A stretch of DNA of 45,609 bases from contig JBBDJR010000004.1 of NCBI GenBank assembly GCA_040879785.1, positions 80,778 through 126,386 of the forward strand, in the 5' to 3' direction. Shown here one piece after another: positions 19,224 through 28,937 of this stretch. Numbering within the stretch: the first letter of the stretch is position 1; each line of letters starts with the position of its first letter. A program made the translations under genes and the position numbers. The notes below the pieces were generated by a model. That model searched no databases and was not told the DNA's origin. It saw nothing but the letters and a program-made list of their open reading frames with translations. Origin of the DNA: Candidatus Pacearchaeota archaeon. Lineage in GTDB: Archaea; Nanobdellota; Nanobdellia; Pacearchaeales; GW2011-AR1.

Positions 19224-19637
19224 TCACTTCTTCAACAGCAACTCAATCTTTTTAGGATTTCTTTTAATTTCCTTAACGATTGTTGCAGGTCCGATAATCG
19301 TAACTGCTCCTAAATCTCCGCCAGTTAAAACTTTCGCAAGATTTTTTTTAATCTTGTCAAGGAATTTTATTTTACTTTCCCCGTTTTCAGAGATAACTGC
19401 CAACTCTATTCCACTAAAGTTTTTTACATGACCTGCCATGGCCATCGTATCTCCTATCAGCCTTGTTTCTTCATCAGGTCTAAGCCTACCCTGGAGTATC
19501 AGGATATTATTTCCTAGGACTATTCCAAGTATTTTCTTTATTCTCTGAGTGCCGTCAAGATCTCTTATTTCAGAGTACGGAAGGAATTGTATCGAAAACC
19601 CCTTTATCTTTCCAAGCCCCTTTTTCTTTTTCACCAT
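19224..19637 (-). CDS. oapB: OapB/DUF2073 family protein
   Basis: RLRPDEETRLI, FSGIELA and VTIIGPA motifs; lies between the GTPase and Zn-ribbon genes. Confidence 0.85.
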   Translation of the reverse strand: MVKKKKGLGKIKGFSIQFLPYSEIRDLDGTQRIKKILGIVLGNNILILQGRLRPDEETRLIGDTMAMAGHVKNFSGIELAVISENGESKIKFLDKIKKNLAKVLTGGDLGAVTIIGPATIVKEIKRNPKKIELLLKK

Positions 19638-19677
19638 TGTTCTTTATAATATATATTGTAAAATATACTTTTTAATT

Positions 19678-20322
19678 TTATTGAACTTTCTTTGCTACTT
19701 TAAATATTGATTCGTAAAACTCCTCGAGATTTTTCCCATATCTCGCACTTATTCCTACAACATCATATTCAGGGAATGCAGACTCAATCTTTTTCATGTT
19801 AGCCTTTTTGAGATCAACCTTGTTAGCAACTATCAACACAGGAATTTTTCTTGCAACCAGATTTCCTATTATTGTTATATTAACCTGATTGTAAGGGTTT
19901 TGCGTGGCGTCAAGAACAATAACGACAACATCCATATCATCAAGCCATTTTATGCTTTCCACAACTCCCTGTGTTGCTTCTTTGGCCCTGTTCTTAGCAT
20001 CCTTTTTCTTCATCTTGAATTTTAGGAAATCTTCATAATCTATTTTTGTAGAGATTCCAGGAGTATCAATCATCTTAAAGGTCATTTTTTTACCTTTGTA
20101 ACCTATCTCGACTTTTTCCTTAAACTGGATATTTCTCGTTTCGTGGGGAATTTTACTCACACTTCCAATCTCCTCCCCAGTAAAATCCTTACATATTCTG
20201 TTTGCCAGACTCGTCTTTCCCGCATTTGGAGGCCCGTAAAACCCGAGTTTTAACTCTCTTTTCCTTCTAAAAATGTTAGAAAAGACCTTCCTAAAGAAGT
20301 TTGCAAGTATATTCTTTGCCAT
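19678..20322 (-). CDS. oapA: Era-like GTP-binding protein OapA
   Basis: GPPNAGKTSLANRI, PHETR, DTPG, RAKEATQGV, NKVD and SA motifs. Confidence 0.9.
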   Translation of the reverse strand: MAKNILANFFRKVFSNIFRRKRELKLGFYGPPNAGKTSLANRICKDFTGEEIGSVSKIPHETRNIQFKEKVEIGYKGKKMTFKMIDTPGISTKIDYEDFLKFKMKKKDAKNRAKEATQGVVESIKWLDDMDVVVIVLDATQNPYNQVNITIIGNLVARKIPVLIVANKVDLKKANMKKIESAFPEYDVVGISARYGKNLEEFYESIFKVAKKVQ

Positions 20323-20347
20323 TTTATTTATTTGTTAGGTATCTTTA

Positions 20348-20863
20348 TTAAATTTTGTGTTCTTGAGTTTGTATTTGATTTTGTTTTTTAATCTTCCTGA
20401 AGAAATTTTTCCCTTGTTGGCTGAATCCCAAGTACCATATAATAAGACCATTGATTATAATTGATTCTATACCGGAAAAACCAATCTCTCCATATGTAAG
20501 TCTAAAAACCATTCCTCCTAACGAAAAAAGGATCCCTACGCTGGAAAGAGTTATCGAGGTCATCCTCGCCCAGTTTTCTTTTCTCCTTAAATCTCTCCCT
20601 ACATAAAAATTGAGCACACCAAATCCTACAAAAAGCACGAAAGCAACAATAAATATCGAATCTGGGATAGAAATTCCTATGATACCAAACATACTATTTA
20701 TTAAATTTCTTGAAAAAATTAATAATGCCCCTAATACTATGAAAATTACTGCAGACACATAATGGAGAAATGAGATTATCCATATTCCCCATGGCATACT
20801 GCCTTTCATAGAATTTTTCTTTTGGGGGTCTCTAAACTTATTGAATTTATATGAATTTTCCAT
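20348..20863 (-). CDS. Hypothetical 4-TM membrane protein
   Basis: Four hydrophobic helices with a RKENWAR loop. Confidence 0.75.
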   Translation of the reverse strand: MENSYKFNKFRDPQKKNSMKGSMPWGIWIISFLHYVSAVIFIVLGALLIFSRNLINSMFGIIGISIPDSIFIVAFVLFVGFGVLNFYVGRDLRRKENWARMTSITLSSVGILFSLGGMVFRLTYGEIGFSGIESIIINGLIIWYLGFSQQGKNFFRKIKKQNQIQTQEHKI

Positions 20864-20874
20864 TTGATTACCTT

Positions 20875-23547
20875 TTACCTTTTCCCATGAGGCCTGTGTC
20901 CGCGTGGAGGTTTTGAAGGACCTTCGTCACCTGTTTTGCTAAATCCCTTCGGAAGCGGAAGCTCAATCATACCAGTTCTTCTTCCTTCATACTTTTTCAT
21001 AACATAATTTATCTGCTCTGAATCCCATTCGGATTTTTTAAGCTTACTCCTAATCTCACTTTTCGTAAGACCTCTCTTTTTTGCGCTATTCACATAATTA
21101 ATTACATTATATAAATCATTTTTATTAGGGAAGAGGTATTTTTCGTATTTCTTTTTGTACCATTGCTGAAGAACTATATATGATGTAACTCCAATAACTA
21201 CTAAAAATACGATACTTAAAATAAGAATTATCGTCCTTGAATTATCGTCAGGGAGAGGCAATGTTCTCTCTAAATCCAGCCTGTCTATTGAGGGAGAAAC
21301 GAATGCAGGAATTGTGTTGAAGTCAACATTTTCGGTAGAGTAAAAACTCACTCTTCGATTATCTCTTAGGTTTACATAGTAATAATTACCTTGTTCTTCG
21401 GCTCCTCTATCAAATATAATCCCTTGTTTGGGAACTATAAGATAATAATCATAATTAATATCTTTCTTTTCTTCAACCACAAACTCAAACGCGTTTGCCA
21501 GTCGTTTTACTCCTGGATCATATTCTGCAGAAAACTCTCTAAAGTTGACGGTTATGTCAATATTATCATGTTGCCAGGCATTCACTGCATTTTGATAATC
21601 CCCTTCTCTTTGAGAATTATATTCTCCTCCCCCGATCGCTTCAACAACACTCATCTCAACAATGTCTTCGCTATAGATAAAAGGAAACGAATCTGCAATC
21701 TCCGACTCCCGGACTGATCTAGGAATTCTTGAGTTTAGGTCCACGAGGTCTCCAACCATCTCCAAGTACTCGGACCCGTTTTTTGCTTCTTCAAATCTAC
21801 CTTCCAGAACCTCAATTTCAGACGATAAATTCTCCACCCTCAAAACGGATTTTAGAACTCTTTGGTTGAACGAGTTTTGTGCATTAATATCCCCCTTTAC
21901 TCTATCTAGATTTGATTTCATTTTTTCCAGTGTTGAGTTTATATGGTCTTTAGGAGAAATTACTTCAATCTCAAAAGTTCCTGAAGAGCTCAAACCCCTC
22001 GTATCCGTGACACTCAGCTCAAGAGTGTAATTTTTGATTTCAGAATAAATATGAACAATCTTATTTGATGAAACAGAGTCTGTTCTCTCATCTCCGAAAT
22101 CCCAGTTGTAATTTGTTACGCTTGCGTTTTCAGGTACGCTTACTTCAACTTCAAAAATAGTCTCAAACCCTGCAGCTGTTGTTAAAGGGTTCAGCGATTC
22201 GATTATCGGGACGTTCTTGACTTTTATATCTTCAGAAACAATTGGCTCTCCATCAAGCTTCAAAACAAAAGTATAATTTCCGAGCTCAGAAGGAACACTA
22301 AGACCCGCGTTGTCAAGGAAAAGTCTCTGGAACTCTGGGTTGGAAGTTATTAACGGGGCGGACGTTTCTACGTCGTGTATATTTGTTTTATCTACACGAT
22401 CTGCGTCGTCATAATATTTAAAGACCATATTTTTTAAATCTATTTTTTGAGAATTTTCATGAGATGTGAATCTTATCGGAACGACGCACCCTCCAGAGCC
22501 ACTGCAGTCATTGCCATATCTGTCCGAGATATACTTATCGATATAATCATTCAGGCTGTTTATTGTCCCGTAGCTGTTAACCTCACTGTTGTTTAATGTA
22601 AAACTTCCTACCTCATCAAATTCTCCTTGTTTTGCAAATACATCATAAAGTCTCTCACCTTCTTCAGTAGTGTACCTGTTAATCCCGTATTCTGCTTCTG
22701 CAGTATCTTTAATACAGACAGAGTATTCTTTTTCTTCTGTTACAGAGAAATCCTCATTATTTGTCTTTTTAGCTATACATTCCACCGAGTCCGTCGGGCC
22801 TTCATACCCTTTTACTTCACAAGCCCCTTTAGTGTTCTTCTCATTATCAACTATACTAATCTTAAAATTTGCTATTCCACCATCATTGTCAATTACATTT
22901 CCTCCTATCTTTACGTTTGGTGAGTGCGTGAGGTTTATTTCCGAACAACGTTCGCTTGAGGTTAATTCCACCTTTGTCGGGCTTCCTTCAAACTCAGGTG
23001 TTTCTTTAGAACCAAAATCTCCCGTGCTTTTTGTGGGACCCCACTCCACACTCCCATCATCCAAGAAGTCAACGATAAGTTGTCGTTTATCTGAATCTCC
23101 GGCATCACTTTGAACATCCATGTAAAAAGATTCCATTTCTCTGAAACTGCTATCCAGTCTAATTCCTACCAATTTTGATTTTCCATCACCCAATGTAAAA
23201 CTTTTTGAACTAGTTCCCGGACCGGTAACACTATAACTTGTATTACAATCTGTCGGAGAGCAGTTGAATTTGTAAGAAGGGTTTACTTTAAGTAATTCTT
23301 CAAGAGATATATTTGATTTGTTTGTTCCATCAAACGAGGCCTCCAAAACAGAATCTCCGGGCTCGTCTTTAATGCTCATATTTACCCAGCCTTTTATATC
23401 CATTTCTGGACCGTAAACTTTTGATATTGATCTGTTAGGTTCTCCTATAGAAAACTCTGCGGGAACAAACGGAATTACCACTAATCCGAGAATTACCAAG
23501 GCCAAAATAGCCAGCATCCTATAATCAACTTTTTTTAATCTCACCAT
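20875..23547 (-). CDS. Large PKD-domain cell-surface membrane protein
   Basis: Signal peptide, PKD motif YNWDFGD...HIY...YTLELSVTD, coiled coil, C-terminal TM and cytoplasmic helical domain. Confidence 0.85.
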   Translation of the reverse strand: MVRLKKVDYRMLAILALVILGLVVIPFVPAEFSIGEPNRSISKVYGPEMDIKGWVNMSIKDEPGDSVLEASFDGTNKSNISLEELLKVNPSYKFNCSPTDCNTSYSVTGPGTSSKSFTLGDGKSKLVGIRLDSSFREMESFYMDVQSDAGDSDKRQLIVDFLDDGSVEWGPTKSTGDFGSKETPEFEGSPTKVELTSSERCSEINLTHSPNVKIGGNVIDNDGGIANFKISIVDNEKNTKGACEVKGYEGPTDSVECIAKKTNNEDFSVTEEKEYSVCIKDTAEAEYGINRYTTEEGERLYDVFAKQGEFDEVGSFTLNNSEVNSYGTINSLNDYIDKYISDRYGNDCSGSGGCVVPIRFTSHENSQKIDLKNMVFKYYDDADRVDKTNIHDVETSAPLITSNPEFQRLFLDNAGLSVPSELGNYTFVLKLDGEPIVSEDIKVKNVPIIESLNPLTTAAGFETIFEVEVSVPENASVTNYNWDFGDERTDSVSSNKIVHIYSEIKNYTLELSVTDTRGLSSSGTFEIEVISPKDHINSTLEKMKSNLDRVKGDINAQNSFNQRVLKSVLRVENLSSEIEVLEGRFEEAKNGSEYLEMVGDLVDLNSRIPRSVRESEIADSFPFIYSEDIVEMSVVEAIGGGEYNSQREGDYQNAVNAWQHDNIDITVNFREFSAEYDPGVKRLANAFEFVVEEKKDINYDYYLIVPKQGIIFDRGAEEQGNYYYVNLRDNRRVSFYSTENVDFNTIPAFVSPSIDRLDLERTLPLPDDNSRTIILILSIVFLVVIGVTSYIVLQQWYKKKYEKYLFPNKNDLYNVINYVNSAKKRGLTKSEIRSKLKKSEWDSEQINYVMKKYEGRRTGMIELPLPKGFSKTGDEGPSKPPRGHRPHGKR

Positions 23548-23618
23548 CTTTTAATAACCTTATAGAACTTAGTTAAAACATATTTATAAATTTGTTTATG
23601 TCTGTCTGGAGGGTTCAT

Positions 23619-24155
23619 TCATCTAAATCTTTCGGGAATATGATTATTATCGTTCCAATACTTAAGTCTCCAGTTTTCAAACTTATCTACCCAATATATA
23701 GAGTTTATCCCCGTTTCTCTTTGCCTAAACCTAATAGTTTTATCTAAGTCTAATTCTAAAAAATAAGACAGGATTATTCTATTTGTGAGCCCGTGACAAA
23801 TTATCAACACTCTTTTTTTATCATCAGGATTTTTTGATATCTTTTTGAGGAAAGATATTAATTCTTCGTAATGTCTCTTTTCTTTTTTACCCCATTTAGG
23901 TTTTCTTTCATGAAATATTTCTGTTTCAAACTCATTAAGTGATTCTTTTACCCTGGGCCTCACCCTTATTTTCTTAGAAACAATTTCTGCAGTTCGTTTT
24001 GCCCTATCCAGATTACTGCAATAAAATTCATCAAATTTCTTAAATTTTCTCAGTCTTTTGGCAAGATATTTTGCTTGTTTAATCCCTTTCTTTGTTAGAG
24101 ATGGATTTTCACCCATTCCTTCCTTGTCGGCGTGCCTGATAAAAATAATCTCCAT
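23619..24155 (-). CDS. Histidine phosphatase (phosphoglycerate mutase-like) family protein
   Basis: IRHA, LTKKGIKQA, SNLDRAKRTA, LNE and ICHG motifs. Confidence 0.9.
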   Translation of the reverse strand: MEIIFIRHADKEGMGENPSLTKKGIKQAKYLAKRLRKFKKFDEFYCSNLDRAKRTAEIVSKKIRVRPRVKESLNEFETEIFHERKPKWGKKEKRHYEELISFLKKISKNPDDKKRVLIICHGLTNRIILSYFLELDLDKTIRFRQRETGINSIYWVDKFENWRLKYWNDNNHIPERFR

Positions 24156-24197
24156 ATTCTAACCATAAAGAATCCACGACTTAAAAATTAATCCCTC

Positions 24198-24279
24198 CTT
24201 CTTACCCTTCCGACTCTTATGTTCTTTCTTTTAAAAGAAGAAATTGAGATGTGTATTAACTAAACAGTTACAATCAGAA
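24198..24279 (-). repeat. Degenerate copy of the 3' end of gene 29890..31344
   Basis: cttcttacccttccgactc...tctttctt and tacaatcagaa match about 29893-29978; encodes a KKEHKSRKGKK-like remnant. Confidence 0.6.
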
Positions 24280-24435
24280 AAACTTAAATAGTATCATATT
24301 CTCTTAGAAATATTAAAATGTAATGCCCACAATCAAGAATTTAAATCTCTAGAGGGATTAAAAATTCAAATATTTTCAGGTTATGTTATCTTATAAAGGG
24401 ATTAAAACAACAGGATTTAAAGGATATATAATAAT

Positions 24436-25194
24436 ATGAAAAAGGATAAATTAATTTTTGAGGAAATAAGAAATGAAGCTAAAAAGAATAATTCTATAGT
24501 TTGTGTTATGGTAAGAGGATCCTACGTAGAGGAAGGAGGATTAGATAAAAGTAGCAGTGATATCGATTTCTCAGTAATCATAAGGGGAGATGCCAGAGTA
24601 GAAGAGATTATTAATTTTAAAAAGAAATTTAATAAGATAACAAAGAAGTATGGGATACGTATCTCCTCCACTGTTGTAGGGATTGACCAGATAAAGAGGG
24701 ATTTAAAAAGAGGGATACATCTTCACGGAGCAATATCTTCTTCATTTGTATTTCAATTAGCAAGATCCAAAATAATATATGGCGAAGATATGAAAAAAGT
24801 CTTTAGTTCTTTTAAACACTATGATCCTTACACCCCTTATTTTAATGCTGTTAGATTTATAGATAAATTATTTAAAGATTATTTTAAAAAAGAGAGAAGA
24901 AAAAAAGGAATAAACTACTCATTCATTCTTGCTAGAGAATGTGGAGTAACAAAAGGAGTTACAACTTCTAAAAAAAAGATTCTTATAGATATTTTTAAAA
25001 AGCAAATAAGCGAGGAGCAGGGAAAAAATTTAGAGTCTATAATGAAAATGAGGGTAAAACTAAATCTTACAAAAAAAGACCTTCAGATTATATATACTTT
25101 CCTAAAATTTTGTAGAGATTATTTAGGAGAATTTTTGGGTAAGAGTATTCTTAAGGATATTAAAGAGGTAAATTCCTCGAACAAAAATGAATAA
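24436..25194 (+). CDS. Pol-beta superfamily nucleotidyltransferase with helical C-terminal domain
   Basis: VRGSY...SSDIDF (GS...DxD) motif. Confidence 0.8.
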   Translation: MKKDKLIFEEIRNEAKKNNSIVCVMVRGSYVEEGGLDKSSSDIDFSVIIRGDARVEEIINFKKKFNKITKKYGIRISSTVVGIDQIKRDLKRGIHLHGAISSSFVFQLARSKIIYGEDMKKVFSSFKHYDPYTPYFNAVRFIDKLFKDYFKKERRKKGINYSFILARECGVTKGVTTSKKKILIDIFKKQISEEQGKNLESIMKMRVKLNLTKKDLQIIYTFLKFCRDYLGEFLGKSILKDIKEVNSSNKNE

Positions 25195-25798
25195 TAATCC
25201 AAAAATAATCTTAATTGGAGGTCCTCCTGTGGTTGGAAAAACTAGCTTAGCTCATGAGTTATCAAAAAAGACAGGAATAAAGAGGGTTATAGATGTTGAC
25301 GTATTAAGAGATGTGTTAAGAAAGGAAAAGTTTTCAAGAGAAGAGCCATATATTTATCATTATTCAACAACTGCCTGGAGAATAAAAGGGAAATATACTC
25401 AAAAGAATCTGATTGATGCCTATATTAATTATTGTCAGGACTTGAGAAAAGCTATAGAATCTGTGATAGAAAGTTCATATAAGTTTAAGATAGATACAAT
25501 AATTGAGGGAGTACATTTGTTGCCTGAATTTTTTGAGGAATATCTTCATAAGGAGAATTTTAAGTTTTTTATATTATATTTAGGTAAAAAAGATTATATA
25601 AAGAATATACAAAGAAGAAAAGAGGAGAACCATAACGTCAATGTTAAATATTTACTCGAAAATGTTGATAAGGCAGTTCTGATCGGAGAATATTTAATGA
25701 GGCAATCAAAAAAAAGAGGGATTCCTTTAATCCATAATGCTTCAATCAAAAAATCCTGCAATAAAATAATTAAATTTATGAAAATTAAGAATGAGTAA
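25187..25798 (+). CDS. P-loop kinase, 2-phosphoglycerate-kinase-like
   Basis: GGPPVVGKTS, DVLRDVLR, YSTTAW, IIEGVHLLP. Confidence 0.85.
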   Translation: MNNNPKIILIGGPPVVGKTSLAHELSKKTGIKRVIDVDVLRDVLRKEKFSREEPYIYHYSTTAWRIKGKYTQKNLIDAYINYCQDLRKAIESVIESSYKFKIDTIIEGVHLLPEFFEEYLHKENFKFFILYLGKKDYIKNIQRRKEENHNVNVKYLLENVDKAVLIGEYLMRQSKKRGIPLIHNASIKKSCNKIIKFMKIKNE

Positions 25799-26426
25799 TG
25801 TAATTGGGATTGAAGGAATAGACAATAGTGGAAAAACCAGTACAATAGACTTTTTAATCAAGAAAATTGAGAAAGAAGGTTTTTGTGTGAGTACTGCTCC
25901 GAAAAGGGTGGGATTAGAAGAGAGGTTTCCGAGTTCTTTGGAAGAGAGAAAGATATGGTATAGAAAAGGTAATCCAAATGAAATAATTGAGACAAATCTT
26001 TCCAGTGCATTAAAAAGAAACAAAAAAGTTAAGAGTATGGAGGATGACATAGTCTTTGAGAGTAGAGGATATACTACAATACTTTCATCTATGATTGCTA
26101 TGGCTATGCATAGGTATCAAATAAATTATTGGGACGGGAAAATGATTGTCGATGAGATTAATAAAAAGATAAATTATTCTCCCCTGGAATCTCAAACTTA
26201 TTGCCTAAGTTTTGGGAGAGATTTTGACAATGCATTTGATGAAATCAAAAAAAGAGATATTAAAGGAGAATTAAATCAGGGATTCAAAGATTACCTCAAA
26301 AATTTTAATTATGCTTTTGAGAGATTTTCAAAAGAACAAAATAATCTACTTAAACTTAGTGCTTATTCCTCAATTGAACAAAATGCGGAGATTATAATGG
26401 GGGCTCTCTTAAAAAATGAAAACTAA
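25791..26426 (+). CDS. Thymidylate-kinase-like P-loop kinase
   Basis: IGIEGIDNSGKTS; VFESRG in place of the usual DR motif. Confidence 0.75.
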   Translation: MSNVIGIEGIDNSGKTSTIDFLIKKIEKEGFCVSTAPKRVGLEERFPSSLEERKIWYRKGNPNEIIETNLSSALKRNKKVKSMEDDIVFESRGYTTILSSMIAMAMHRYQINYWDGKMIVDEINKKINYSPLESQTYCLSFGRDFDNAFDEIKKRDIKGELNQGFKDYLKNFNYAFERFSKEQNNLLKLSAYSSIEQNAEIIMGALLKNEN

Positions 26427-26850
26427 ATACATGAAGTCCGCTGGAGGAGTTGTTTTTTATATTATAGGTGGTAAAATAAGGTATTTATTATTAAGGCATA
26501 AAAAAACAGGATCTCACTGGGGTTTTCCTAAGGGGAGAGTAGAAGTGAACGAAACTGAAAAACAAACTGCTCTAAGGGAAATTAGGGAGGAAACAGGGAT
26601 AAATAATCTAAAAGCATTAAATTCTTTTAGAGAAATAGAGAGATATTCTTTTTTCAAAAATAATATAAAGATTAAGAAAAAGGTAATTTATTTTCTGGTA
26701 GAAGTTGATTCTTTAAATGTAACCCTCTCCGAAGAACATCTTGAATCTTGCTGGGAGGAATTTTCTGAAGCAATTGAGAAGTTGAAAGATAAAGAAACAA
26801 AAGAAGTGTTAATTAAAGCAAATGAAGAGTTAAGATGGAAGATAAAATAA
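26416..26850 (+). CDS. Nudix hydrolase (Ap4A hydrolase-like)
   Basis: SAGGVVF, HWGFPKGRVE..ETEKQTALREIREETG Nudix box, LSEEH. Confidence 0.92.
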   Translation: MKTKYMKSAGGVVFYIIGGKIRYLLLRHKKTGSHWGFPKGRVEVNETEKQTALREIREETGINNLKALNSFREIERYSFFKNNIKIKKKVIYFLVEVDSLNVTLSEEHLESCWEEFSEAIEKLKDKETKEVLIKANEELRWKIK

Positions 26851-27572
26851 TGATTATCTCTTTTCCAAAATGTGGGAGAACATGGTTCACAATGATTTTA
26901 GGAAGAGCTTTACAAAATTTTTACAAATTCTCAGAAAGATTCATTATTTGTACAGAAGATTTGTCTCAAAGAATAGATGAAATTCCCAATATAAAGATTA
27001 TACATGAAGGTAGTCCTCATTTAAAATCACCTCTTCAAATACAGAAATATTTTGATAAGAATCAAAGTAATTATAGAAACGTAAAAGCGATAATCTTGAG
27101 GAGAGATATTAGAGATGTATTTGTGTCTTATTTTCTTCATATGAAAAAAAGGAAGAAAGGAAGAGAAAGATATAAAGGAGATATCTCAAAATTTATACGG
27201 AGGAAGAAAGGAAGTGCAAGATCTTTTATAAAATATTATAATTACTTAGAAAGAAACAGGAGAATTTTTGGAGACGTCTTATTCTTAGATTATGAAGATC
27301 TTCTGGACAATGGCTTCAAAGAAGTGAAAAAAGCGTTTAAATTTATGGGGTTGTCTTTTATCCCAGATAGGATTATAAAAGAAGCAATAAGTTATTGTTC
27401 TTTTAAAAACATGAAGAATATGGAAAAACAAAATAGATTTAATGTTAAAAGATTAAGGCCCGGAAATATAAAAGATCCAGATTCTTATAAAGTGAGAAAA
27501 GGAATGAAAGGAGATTATATTAATTACTTAAATAAAAAAGATATAGATTACCTGGAAAGCAATTATGTCTAA
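26835..27572 (+). CDS. PAPS-dependent sulfotransferase family protein
   Basis: 5'-PSB loop SFPKCGRTW, 3'-PB RDIRDVFVSY, YEDL, SFKNMK, VRKG..GD. Confidence 0.9.
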   Translation: MEDKIMIISFPKCGRTWFTMILGRALQNFYKFSERFIICTEDLSQRIDEIPNIKIIHEGSPHLKSPLQIQKYFDKNQSNYRNVKAIILRRDIRDVFVSYFLHMKKRKKGRERYKGDISKFIRRKKGSARSFIKYYNYLERNRRIFGDVLFLDYEDLLDNGFKEVKKAFKFMGLSFIPDRIIKEAISYCSFKNMKNMEKQNRFNVKRLRPGNIKDPDSYKVRKGMKGDYINYLNKKDIDYLESNYV

Positions 27573-28179
27573 TAACAATGACATGAATAACCCTTATATA
27601 ACCCCTCAAAATATTGCTAAAAAGGTTATCCCTATTGTTAAATATATCAATGATTTTAAGCCTCACTATACAATTTGTTGTGATAGAAGTGCCAGAATAA
27701 TAGGATATTCTGTTTTTAAATTATATGGTAAAATGTATGGTTCTTTTCCTACTTTTGATTCCACCATGAGGTTTAGAAAGATAAGCAAGAAAGATAGTGA
27801 AGAATCTCTAAAAGATTACCTAAGACCGACTATAGAAGAAATAGCGATGATTTCTAAGAGGCCAAGAGTGTTGATAATTGATGATTGGATTAGGACAGGG
27901 AGAACCCATGAGAATGTTAGACAAATGTTTAAAGAAATAGGGAAAAATTCTATAGACCTAAGATATGCCACTCTTTTGGCTAAGCCAGGAGAAAAAAAGA
28001 TAGACATTTATTGCGAGGAATGTGATGAAAGCCATTTCGTAAAAACTAGCAGATTTCGTAATAATCCCTTAATCCTAGGAGTTGATTATAAAGGGTTTGA
28101 GGCAATACCAATAAGAAGTGAGGAAATGAGAAGTTATAGGAATAAAATCAATCAATCCATAGACAGGCTATTTCCATAA
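27565..28179 (+). CDS. Type I phosphoribosyltransferase-like protein
   Basis: PRPP-binding motif VLIIDDWIRTGRT. Confidence 0.8.
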   Translation: MSNNNDMNNPYITPQNIAKKVIPIVKYINDFKPHYTICCDRSARIIGYSVFKLYGKMYGSFPTFDSTMRFRKISKKDSEESLKDYLRPTIEEIAMISKRPRVLIIDDWIRTGRTHENVRQMFKEIGKNSIDLRYATLLAKPGEKKIDIYCEECDESHFVKTSRFRNNPLILGVDYKGFEAIPIRSEEMRSYRNKINQSIDRLFP

Positions 28180-28180
28180 T

Positions 28181-28657
28181 TTATTTTACTAGATTTATTA
28201 CTTCTTCAGGAGTATTCGCGATGAGGATGTTATCTCCTCCAACTTCTTTTAAAAAATCTTTTGACTTTTGGTTATCGTTTAATAAGATAATTTTCCTTCC
28301 CGCCTTGATTCCCAAAGCTATTTCTGAGAGAGTTCCAGGACCCAATCCGCAAGCAATTATTACATCACTTGATAAAACATTAATATTGTTTCTTGCACTT
28401 CCCATTCCGGTGATAATTGGGATGTCAACATATTTTGAGAGGCCATCGTTATTTTTTGAAGAGGATATCCCTACAGTCATTCCTTTATTTGATTTCGCTC
28501 CCTTGTTTACAGCTTCCATAACACCTATATTCTTCCCTCCTGTAAGTAAGACCCAATCATTTTCAGCTATCAATTTTCCCAGTTTTTCCGCATTAACCAA
28601 GTCTTCTTTAGTTGCTTTTTTTCCGGGACCCATAACTCCAACAATTTTCTTTCTCAT
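28181..28657 (-). CDS. LOG/SLOG family nucleotide-binding protein
   Basis: VGVMGPG, LTGG..GVMEAV..GA, TGMGSARN and GTLSEI motifs. Confidence 0.9.
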   Translation of the reverse strand: MRKKIVGVMGPGKKATKEDLVNAEKLGKLIAENDWVLLTGGKNIGVMEAVNKGAKSNKGMTVGISSSKNNDGLSKYVDIPIITGMGSARNNINVLSSDVIIACGLGPGTLSEIALGIKAGRKIILLNDNQKSKDFLKEVGGDNILIANTPEEVINLVK

Positions 28658-28744
28658 ATGAAATTAAATAAGAAGAGATTTATAATACTTTTGTAGACTC
28701 TTTATATGAAACTAAAATATAACCAGAAAACCTAATTTTATAAT

Positions 28745-28870
28745 TTACTTCTTACTCTTCCGACTCCCGTGCTCTTTCTTCTTCCCAGTTTTCTTCATAT
28801 TCAAAATCATATACACTGCTACAATCAGAATTGCTAAGATAAAGATATATGCATTGAAGAAAGGAGAGAT
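28745..28870 (-). pseudogene. Orphan 3' end (PFF + TM + basic tail) of gene 29890..31344
   Basis: Translates to ISPFFNAYIFILAILIVAVYMILNMKKTGKKKEHGSRKSKK*, versus IALPFFNVYSFLIAILLIVAVYMILNMKKTGKKKEHGSRKKGKK* in the intact gene; an in-frame stop lies just upstream and no start codon precedes the PFF motif. Confidence 0.85.
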
Positions 28871-28937
28871 TCTAGGATAGTCTTAGTTAACCCTACAAAA
28901 GAGAAAGATTTATATATATGTAGGGATAACTAATAAA

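Noticed and set aside
24436-25194. CBASS cyclase or MNT-HEPN toxin-antitoxin
   Set aside because: Only the generic GS/DxD motif is visible, and no recognisable Cap effector or HEPN RxxxxH partner is adjacent.
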